This document shows, piece by piece, positions 1 through 6,170 of a DNA stretch of 42,875 bases. Origin of the DNA: an uncultured delta proteobacterium (GTDB taxonomy: Bacteria; Desulfobacterota; Syntrophobacteria; BM002); the NCBI GenBank assembly GCA_963712115.1, contig CAVQGX010000045.1, forward strand, positions 1-42,875, written 5' to 3'. The notes under the pieces are model-generated. The model was not told the origin of the DNA. It ran no database searches and worked only from the letters and a program-made list of their open reading frames with translations. Position numbers and translations under genes: made by a program. How positions within the stretch are numbered: the stretch's first letter is position 1; every line of letters starts with the position of its first letter.

Positions 1-69
1 CGAACCCGCACGAGGCATGGCCTCAAGGGATTTTAAGTCCCTTATGTCTACCAGTTCCATCACCCAGGC
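1..69 (-). tRNA. tRNA-Leu(TAA), 3' end cut off by window edge
   Basis: Reverse complement reads GCCTGGGTGATGGAACTGGTAGACATAAGGGACT-TAA-AATCCCTTGAGGCCATGCCTCGTGCGGGTTCG: D-loop GG, anticodon stem AGGGA/TCCCT, long variable arm GAGGC/GCCTC, GGTTCG T-loop. Confidence 0.95.
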
Positions 70-92
70 ACAGCCGAATATCATCTAGAGTG

Positions 93-121
93 AATCTAGA
101 AGTTTTGGCCGAAGTTGTCAA
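93..121 (-). promoter_or_regulatory. sigma70-type promoter for the tRNA
   Basis: TTGACA-17 nt-TAGATT on the minus strand, just upstream of the tRNA 5' end. Confidence 0.65.
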
Positions 122-140
122 TTGTTAGGTGGAGAGTTGG

Positions 141-319
141 GATTGTAGATTTTAGATTGCAGATTGGAGATTTGAGATAGGAGATGTGGGATGGGGATGT
201 GTCAACGATTCGCAGAGCGCATAGCGAAAAGGCATGGAGGATGGGCCCGGGGCATAGGGAGGCAATTTCGAATTTCGAATTGCAAAATGCGAAATGATAA
301 ATCCGCAATGCGCAATCCA
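141..319. repeat. Inverted degenerate heptamer arrays (GATTNNA x5 ... AAT-periodic 7-mers x8) with inner GCGCATA-like units
   Basis: GATTGTA GATTTTA GATTGCA GATTGGA GATTTGA at 141-175; AATTTCG AATTTCG AATTGCA AAATGCG AAATGAT AAATCCG CAATGCG CAATCCA at 264-319, abutting the radical SAM stop. Confidence 0.75.
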
Positions 320-1471
320 TTAATAATCTCGTCCGAGTAAATGCAGATTGCCAATATGGACTCTTTTCAAGCCGGCGTTTTCGGCAATCTCCTTGCAGCG
401 AAGGGCATGGGTGCGGGAGGTGGTGGGAAGATCTTGCAGATGAAAATGAGGATAGAAGGCCAAGAGACTGTAAGGAATTTCCGGGTTAAGTTCGGCTATA
501 TAGCTGGCGATTGCTGCGACTTCCACCTCGTCCACATAGCCCGGCACCAGGAGGGTGCTGGCAATGAGAAAAGGTGGCTCCGGCCTTCGCTTGACCAATT
601 TGCTCAACACTTTGAAATTCTCTAGGGTTTTTCGATTGGTCACTCCGCAGAGACTATAGTGAACGCTTTCATTCCAGGCCTTGAGATCGAACTTAATCAG
701 TCCTCCCGTGGCAAATGACAGATCTGCCATTTTGCCAAGGAAAGGCTCCTCCACCGCCCCGTTGGTCTCCCAGCACACCCTAAGGACACGTCCAGAGGTT
801 CGCTGCACGGCAAGTTTGGACGCTTTGATGGCATGGAGAATCTGCGGCGTGGGATCTCCCCCAAAATAGCAAATGCAGGTGGTATTGTGTTTCACTGCCC
901 CAGCCAACTGTTTGGCCGTTATTAACTGAGTCGAGCGAGTTCGATCTTTGAATTGATGATTTTGACAATACAGACAGTTGAAGGAGCAAGCGTGATAAAA
1001 GACGGCTAGATTGTTATGACCATGCTCGGGTCCGTCGGATAAAGCATACTTGGGATAGCCACACCCGGTGCCGCCGGCACAGACAAAACTGCCGACGCAG
1101 TTGCAGGGTAGGGGGTCATAATAATAAGAAAGATTCCCCTCGTGGGGGCGACCTCCGATTATCTTGCCGTCCACAACTCGACGGAGTCCACAAAAGCCAA
1201 CGGTGCCCTCAGGGATTTTACATTGGTGCAGACAAAGGTGGCAGGCAACCCCGGACTCAGCTCGGGGAGGATCTTCCGGCAGACCGTAGGGTTTACGGGT
1301 ACGAGAGTGAACCTTCTTGATCTCAGGCCAGACTTCCTCAAAGTGTGCCCGGATGCATTCTGCACAGAAGCCTATTACGTTTGAGATGATCGGACTGCTC
1401 TCACCGCACTTTTGGCAAGAGCCCATGCGAAGGTGGTCGTATTCAAAAAATCCTTTTCCACTGCCGGTCAT
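320..1471 (-). CDS. Radical SAM protein (PflA/AmmeMemoRadiSam-like) with extra N-terminal Cys clusters
   Basis: CSFNCLYC CxxxCxxC motif, YFGGDP, WETNG, FDLKA motifs; extra CQKC, CAEC, CHLCLHQC. Confidence 0.85.
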   Translation of the reverse strand: MTGSGKGFFEYDHLRMGSCQKCGESSPIISNVIGFCAECIRAHFEEVWPEIKKVHSRTRKPYGLPEDPPRAESGVACHLCLHQCKIPEGTVGFCGLRRVVDGKIIGGRPHEGNLSYYYDPLPCNCVGSFVCAGGTGCGYPKYALSDGPEHGHNNLAVFYHACSFNCLYCQNHQFKDRTRSTQLITAKQLAGAVKHNTTCICYFGGDPTPQILHAIKASKLAVQRTSGRVLRVCWETNGAVEEPFLGKMADLSFATGGLIKFDLKAWNESVHYSLCGVTNRKTLENFKVLSKLVKRRPEPPFLIASTLLVPGYVDEVEVAAIASYIAELNPEIPYSLLAFYPHFHLQDLPTTSRTHALRCKEIAENAGLKRVHIGNLHLLGRDY

Positions 1472-1515
1472 GAGCCTGTCTCAGAAAAAGGTTTATATTT
1501 TGTTGGAGCGACTAA

Positions 1516-1585
1516 GGTTTCAGTGTTCAGGTTTCAGCCTTTGTTCTTCTCCTTCCTGATACCTGAAACCTGACACCCGACACCT
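1516..1585. repeat. Inverted heptamer arrays (GGTTTCA/GTGTTCA ... CCTGAMA)
   Basis: GGTTTCA GTGTTCA GGTTTCA then CCTGATA CCTGAAA CCTGACA CCCGACA; same unit family at 23596 and 32309. Confidence 0.8.
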
Positions 1586-1588
1586 TTT

Positions 1589-2095
1589 TTATAGCTGAAG
1601 CTTTTCGAAGAAAAGCTGCAAAGCAGAATCCCGGGTTTTTTCAGATATGGAAACCAGAATAACATCATCTCTATTTTTTATCTTTTGGATAAAACGATCG
1701 CCCTTTATGGCAATTGAACCAACGACCTGGTTTTCTGCAGATAGTACCCTGAGAAGGGTTTCCTTGAAAAGGCGAGAGAAACACTCCATTTTCCCAATCT
1801 CATCAATCACCACGATCTGATCGTCCGTGGAGGGGAGCATGGATGGAACTGCAATTTGGTCAAGATCCTCGATATTTACTCCATATTTACCCACCCGGTA
1901 ATTACTTTTGATATTTTGATGGGCCAATAACCCTGTTTTTCCGTCAAGTGTCTCTATAAGGAAACCCACCCGTTTACCTTTTTCTCGAAGTTCTCTGGTG
2001 AAGAATCCAGTTGCTGGTCTTTTGACCCTTTTGATCACCTTTTCGATTAGAGTGGATTTTCCAGATTGGGGCGGACCGGTAAGGAGAATGTTCAT
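1589..2095 (-). CDS. Nucleoside-triphosphatase (THEP1/NTPase_1 family)
   Basis: Walker A GPPQSGKS, GFFTRE, VGKYGV, VVIDEIGKME; start placed at MNILLTG. Confidence 0.9.
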   Translation of the reverse strand: MNILLTGPPQSGKSTLIEKVIKRVKRPATGFFTRELREKGKRVGFLIETLDGKTGLLAHQNIKSNYRVGKYGVNIEDLDQIAVPSMLPSTDDQIVVIDEIGKMECFSRLFKETLLRVLSAENQVVGSIAIKGDRFIQKIKNRDDVILVSISEKTRDSALQLFFEKLQL

Positions 2096-2273
2096 GGCTG
2101 GCACCTGAATTCTCTGATGTTGGCTTGCCTTATCTTTGCTATTAAGGCAAAAAGAAAAGGTGAAATTCAATCAGAGAGTGATTAAACTATTATAGCTGAA
2201 TGCGAAAAAATACTCGGAAAAATTGGTCATTTTACATAAAATGCGACTCTTCCGGGATTTGCTTGGATGCCAT

Positions 2274-2300
2274 AATTAAATGATATTATTATATTTAATT
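2274..2300. promoter_or_regulatory. AT-rich inverted repeat, candidate Fur/PerR-family operator
   Basis: AATTAAAT-gatattattat-ATTTAATT upstream of the rubredoxin/rubrerythrin/DVU0772 cluster. Confidence 0.35.
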
Positions 2301-2325
2301 TTATAGAAATCAGTCTGCTTTATGT

Positions 2326-2340
2326 TGGCATGAATCTTGG
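2326..2340 (+). promoter_or_regulatory. Possible sigma54 (-24/-12) promoter
   Basis: TGGCATG-aatc-TTGG has correct spacing versus TGGCACG-N4-TTGC, with a mismatch at the -12 C. Confidence 0.35.
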
Positions 2341-2463
2341 TCTATAGAAATGGAAATGCGTAAAAAGCTGTTACCCTGTAGTGCTAAATAAACATTTTTT
2401 AAGACCAACTTCATGGTCCAAAGATAATCGAGCCGGGCCTAATATTTCGGAGGAATTATTATC

Positions 2464-2640
2464 ATGACACAACAAAAACTTGCAGCCGGTACCGAGGCAT
2501 CTGAAGGAATTTACAGGTGCAATGCTTGCGCTAAACAAATTGACCTGACAGAAAAGGAGAAGTTGCCTCAGTGTAGTGCCTGCGGTGGTTTTTCCTGGAG
2601 GACGACTCGGTTTTACAACAAAAAAGCTTCGACAAAATAG
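2464..2640 (+). CDS. 58-aa zinc-ribbon protein (not in ORF track)
   Basis: MTQQKLAAGTEASEGIYRCNACAKQIDLTEKEKLPQCSACGGFSWRTTRFYNKKASTK; two CxxC pairs; GGAGG RBS upstream. Confidence 0.8.
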   Translation: MTQQKLAAGTEASEGIYRCNACAKQIDLTEKEKLPQCSACGGFSWRTTRFYNKKASTK

Positions 2641-2649
2641 GAGGAGAAA

Positions 2650-2850
2650 ATGAGTAAGAAAAGGTATCAGGTAAGGGCAACATGTCCAAACTGCGCTTGT
2701 GGAACGGTATCCGATATGAGTGCTGAAGAGATTAAGGCGAGGACAATTGATGGGGACAATCTGGAGATCAATTGTCCTGAGTGCATGGAGGTGCACAAAG
2801 CCAATATTAGATCGGTCTGCCCTGATTATGCAGATGAGTGTCATCTATAA
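2650..2850 (+). CDS. 66-aa Cys-rich small metal-binding protein
   Basis: CPNCAC, CPEC, VCP...EC; GGAGGAG RBS; operonic spacing. Confidence 0.8.
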   Translation: MSKKRYQVRATCPNCACGTVSDMSAEEIKARTIDGDNLEINCPECMEVHKANIRSVCPDYADECHL

Positions 2851-2875
2851 GAATAAGCATTAGGAAGGAGCTGAA

Positions 2876-3085
2876 ATGGCCAAGCCGGAAGACATGTTCC
2901 AGTGTCAGATGACTAGTTGTGGTTGTCTGTATGATCCGGACCGAGGAGACAGACGAGGAAAGATACCCAAAGGGACAGATTTTGCTGATTTGCCTGAGGA
3001 TTGGAAATGTCCTGTCTGTGGTGCTGGAAAGAAAATGTTCAGACCTCTCAGAGGTCCAGGTTCGGTTGCCGAAGAAGGATCTTAA
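2876..3085 (+). CDS. Rubredoxin (CxxxxC N-terminal variant)
   Basis: [37 protein letters not shown] rubredoxin signature. Confidence 0.92.
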   Translation: [69 protein letters not shown]

Positions 3086-3125
3086 AACTACTTTGGTGGG
3101 TACTCTAACAAAAAGGCTAACCGTT

Positions 3126-3340
3126 TTGAGAGCTTGCAGCGAAACCATAAAAAAACGCTTGATATAGTGCAAAACATGCTGAAACTTGCGGACGAGGGTG
3201 ATGCTGTGCGCGAGGATGTGGGATGCGGCATACTCTACGCTGTTCTGCGTGATTCGGCCTATAAGATAAAAAAGCTAGCCGAGGCGGAGCGCGTAGCTCA
3301 TGTCAAGAAAGGCTGGTGGGGAGAAAAGGAGGTACAATAA
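3126..3340 (+). CDS. Small conserved-looking hypothetical protein (LADEGD..REDVGCGILY), start ambiguous, possible -1 slip at an A7 run
   Basis: Main frame 3134-3340; an upstream TTG at 3126 (MRACSETIKK) joins it if one A is added at 3149-3155. Confidence 0.65.
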
Positions 3341-3447
3341 TGGCTACTTTTAAGTGTAAAACCTGTGGTCATGAGAAAGAGGGAAGATGTAAACCCCAAA
3401 AGTGTCCGGGGTGTGGCGAGAAGAAGACATTTGAGAAAAAGGGTTAG
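3340..3447 (+). CDS. 35-aa RCKP-type rubredoxin-like protein (not in ORF track)
   Basis: MATFKCKTCGHEKEGRCKPQKCPGCGEKKTFEKKG; AGGAGG RBS; TAATG overlap with the upstream stop. Confidence 0.88.
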   Translation: MATFKCKTCGHEKEGRCKPQKCPGCGEKKTFEKKG

Positions 3448-3465
3448 TGGCAGGTGAGCAACCTT

Positions 3466-3624
3466 ATGCGAATGGGACCCATAGACCTGTACAAAATACT
3501 GCCAAAGACCAACTGCGGCGAATGTGGCCAACCATCTTGTCTGGCTTTTTCCACCCAGGTCGTGGGATATGGCAAGTTTAACCTTTGTGGCAGAGAAACT
3601 GGCGGAAAATCTAATTTCAATTGA
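3466..3624 (+). pseudogene. Short ORF with a putative Fe-S domain (LPKTNCGECGxPSCLAF), probably an internally deleted gene remnant
   Basis: MRMGPIDLYKILPKTNCGECGQPSCLAFSTQVVGYG then diverges, lacking the usual CP fourth ligand; AGGTGA RBS. Confidence 0.65.
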
Positions 3625-3637
3625 AAGGAGGAATTTA

Positions 3638-4132
3638 ATGTCTAAGACAGAACAAAATTTGAGGGATGCATTTGCTGGGGAATCTCAAGCTAATAGGAAG
3701 TATCTCGCTTTCGCCAAGAAGGCCGAGAAAGATGGATATCCTCAGGCTGCTAAACTGTTTCGCGCCGCGGCTGAGGCCGAAACCGTCCACGCCCACGCTC
3801 ACCTAAGGGCTCTTGGTGAGATCGGCTCCACTCTAGAGAATCTCAAGGTGGCTGTTGCTGGTGAGACGCACGAGTTTAAGAGCATGTATCCTGATATGAT
3901 CGAGGAAGCCAAAGAGGAGAGCAACAAAACAGCGGAGAGAAGCTTTGTCTTTGCTAATGAGGTGGAGAAGGTCCACGCGGAGCTTTATCAGAAGGCGATA
4001 GACAATCTAGACAGCCTCGAAGAGGCTGATTATTATGTCTGCAGTGTATGCGGTATGACCGTTGAGAATGAACCGCCGGATAAATGTCCGGTATGTGGTG
4101 CCAAAGCCAGCGCCTTCTTCAAAGTAGACTAA
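3638..4132 (+). CDS. rbr: Rubrerythrin
   Basis: AFAGESQANRKY, AEAETVHA, GETHE, EKVH diiron ligands plus C-terminal CSVCG...CPVCGA; AGGAGG RBS. Confidence 0.95.
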   Translation: MSKTEQNLRDAFAGESQANRKYLAFAKKAEKDGYPQAAKLFRAAAEAETVHAHAHLRALGEIGSTLENLKVAVAGETHEFKSMYPDMIEEAKEESNKTAERSFVFANEVEKVHAELYQKAIDNLDSLEEADYYVCSVCGMTVENEPPDKCPVCGAKASAFFKVD

Positions 4133-4251
4133 ATGTTGTAAGGGATCCAACAGATGGATTCACTTGGTGAATCTATCTACTGGGTCCAAAACATTTAATT
4201 ATGTACATTCCATCTGCCGCTTGCAGTAGCTTCTAGAAAAGGAATTAGACG

Positions 4252-4611
4252 ATGCTGAGCATGGAAGATATAAGGGAAAACGGGGAGATCATGGACTGCC
4301 TGAATTTGGAGATGACTTCGGAAAAGGCGGTGGCCCTTTATCTGGAATGGGGGTCATCTTGGGCCCATGGCAGGGACTTCGCCCGATCTGCCAGCGACGT
4401 TAGCTGCTATTTCATCGTTGATGCCTGGAAGACGCCGGCAAAGATTGTTCTAGTCAGGCAGAGCATGGCAGAAGATGAAATTTTAGGCGAGGTGGCAGTA
4501 CCGCCTGATCTTCTTGCAAGGGAAGTTGAATCCTGGGGCGGCAGGAAGGGTACATACGGGATCAGTGAAGAGCTTAAAGGCTGGATTCGCAATAAACTGG
4601 ATCTCAGCTGA
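4252..4611 (+). CDS. DVU0772-family protein
   Basis: EMTSEKAVALYLEWG...YFIVDAW...LVRQ pattern; located in a rubrerythrin cluster. Confidence 0.75.
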   Translation: MLSMEDIRENGEIMDCLNLEMTSEKAVALYLEWGSSWAHGRDFARSASDVSCYFIVDAWKTPAKIVLVRQSMAEDEILGEVAVPPDLLAREVESWGGRKGTYGISEELKGWIRNKLDLS

Positions 4612-4667
4612 CACAGCCAAGGTGGCCCCAAGGCGGTTAGTATCTTTAGCCCATGGCTGCAGGTGAT

Positions 4668-4712
4668 GAGCAAAAGCCAGTCTCTTTGGGGGGACTGGCT
4701 TTTTGCTCTTTT
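4668..4712 (+). terminator. Intrinsic terminator ending the oxidative-stress cluster
   Basis: GAGCAAAAGCCAGTC-loop-GACTGGCTTTTTGCTC hairpin with T-runs. Confidence 0.8.
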
Positions 4713-4799
4713 CTGATTAATAAATCTTGACGAATTCTGACTGGAAAAACTATTATTTAGCCTGGATATTTAACTGTAGGCAACTGCTGGAGGTTAGGC

Positions 4800-5657
4800 A
4801 TGAAAAAAGAAGAACTGATTGCAATGTTGAATAAAGACATGGCTGAAGAGCATGCAGCCATCCTGCGTTATCTGGTTCATAGCTATCTGGAAGGGGAGGA
4901 CACACCCCTGGGAGCCAGCCTGCTCTCGCGAGCCAGAGAGGAAATGTGGCACATGCACTGGTTGGGTATGGTTGTCGGGAATTTGGCAGGGGAGCCCAAT
5001 ATGACTCCGGCCCCTTACCCCTTTGACCCCACCAACCGGGCGACCATTTTTAAATCATACGTTGATTATGAGCTAAAGCTGGTACCCCATTATATGGGTG
5101 AGGCTGAGAGAGTGGATGATCCTCACATCAAAAGGGTCCTGCAGAGAGAGGCTTGGGAATCCGAGTACCATGCAAAAAAGTTTCAGCGAATCCTGGACAA
5201 GCTGACGCCCGAACTAGCTGAGGGACTCCCGGGCGAGGAGAACGAGCTCCCAGAGGGATTTGTGGAGCGTTTGCAGGGACTGGTGGCAAGTAAATACACA
5301 GAGATGTTACAGCACATTCGTAGTTCCTGGGTTTTTCAAAAAGAAGGCATGCTTGGCTGGCAAATGATGGACTTTGCTATGACCAAGATGAAGCAGCTTG
5401 CTCACCTGGCCGAGGGAGTGGCTGAAAACGGCATTAATCCTCGCTTTGAGGCAAGTAAACTGGAGAAGAACGATTCTATTGGAGCTGCTCTTAAAAAGGG
5501 ACTTAAGGATGTGCGAGCAGCTCGGGAGGAACACCTAAAATTTCAGGGAGAAAGTGAAACCCGGAAACACGCCGGCCTCTTGTTATCACTGGACCTTGCC
5601 CTGAAGCAGGAAGGGTACGAGGCCGCGGAGATAGAAGATTGGGCCAAAAAGAGTTGA
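4800..5657 (+). CDS. Ferritin/bacterioferritin-like protein with two tandem four-helix domains
   Basis: LNKDMAEEHAAILRY, REEMWH, EAWESEYH diiron pattern in domain 1; degenerate second repeat; upstream TTGACG-18-TATTAT. Confidence 0.75.
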   Translation: MKKEELIAMLNKDMAEEHAAILRYLVHSYLEGEDTPLGASLLSRAREEMWHMHWLGMVVGNLAGEPNMTPAPYPFDPTNRATIFKSYVDYELKLVPHYMGEAERVDDPHIKRVLQREAWESEYHAKKFQRILDKLTPELAEGLPGEENELPEGFVERLQGLVASKYTEMLQHIRSSWVFQKEGMLGWQMMDFAMTKMKQLAHLAEGVAENGINPRFEASKLEKNDSIGAALKKGLKDVRAAREEHLKFQGESETRKHAGLLLSLDLALKQEGYEAAEIEDWAKKS

Positions 5658-5692
5658 GCTGATAAAATCGGCACAAAGGGGAAAAACAGGTC

Positions 5693-6169
5693 ATGGAAGG
5701 GGGGCGGAGCAAGAGAAAGAGTTTGCGGGTGCCAGTCAATCTGGATGTACGTTTTGATCTGGCTGACGGATCCAGCCTGAAGGCCAAGATTATCAACCTC
5801 GGCACCGAGGGGATTTTTGTTAAGTCAGCCGAACCACTGCACCCTGGAGAGAGTGTAAGTCTCGAGTTCCTGTTACCGGGGACCCTCAATTCGATCGAAC
5901 TGGTTGGAGAAGTAATGTATTCTCGTACTAACGAAGAAGAACAAGGCGAGGATGCAGGTTACCATGTGGCGGGTATAAAGTTCTCCGATCTTCAAGAGCC
6001 TTATCACGGAATGATCCGGGATTACACCCTAAGAATGCTGGACAACGAGGAACTGTTGAGGGACGGAGGGATCCTCCTGGTTCTCGATGATCTTCGCAAT
6101 CTGCCCCCCGAAGACAGATTAAAGGGTTATCATATCTTAATCAAGAAAGGTAGGGGTCCGATACTCTAA
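5693..6169 (+). CDS. PilZ-domain protein
   Basis: KRKSLR (RxxxR) and NLGTEG (D/NxSxxG-like) c-di-GMP motifs, GIKF strand. Confidence 0.85.
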   Translation: MEGGRSKRKSLRVPVNLDVRFDLADGSSLKAKIINLGTEGIFVKSAEPLHPGESVSLEFLLPGTLNSIELVGEVMYSRTNEEEQGEDAGYHVAGIKFSDLQEPYHGMIRDYTLRMLDNEELLRDGGILLVLDDLRNLPPEDRLKGYHILIKKGRGPIL

Positions 6170-6170
6170 T

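Noticed and set aside
1-320. tRNA as an integration site for an island
   Set aside because: The window lies on the 5' side of the tRNA; no integrase or duplicated tRNA 3' end is seen.
96-320. Short ORFs over heptamer arrays (96-320, 27811-28047, 30108-30368, 30328-30552, 21785-21988)
   Set aside because: Low-complexity products of periodic DNA, a typical source of spurious hypothetical proteins.
3524-3637. 38-aa N-terminal extension on rubrerythrin
   Set aside because: A strong AGGAGG precedes ATG 3638, and the extension overlaps the Fe-S remnant.
4609-4717. DVU0772-like gene stop context TGACACAGC is identical to the fdhA Sec context
   Set aside because: The domain is complete before the TGA, and the readthrough peptide has no redox motif and runs into the terminator; most likely coincidence.
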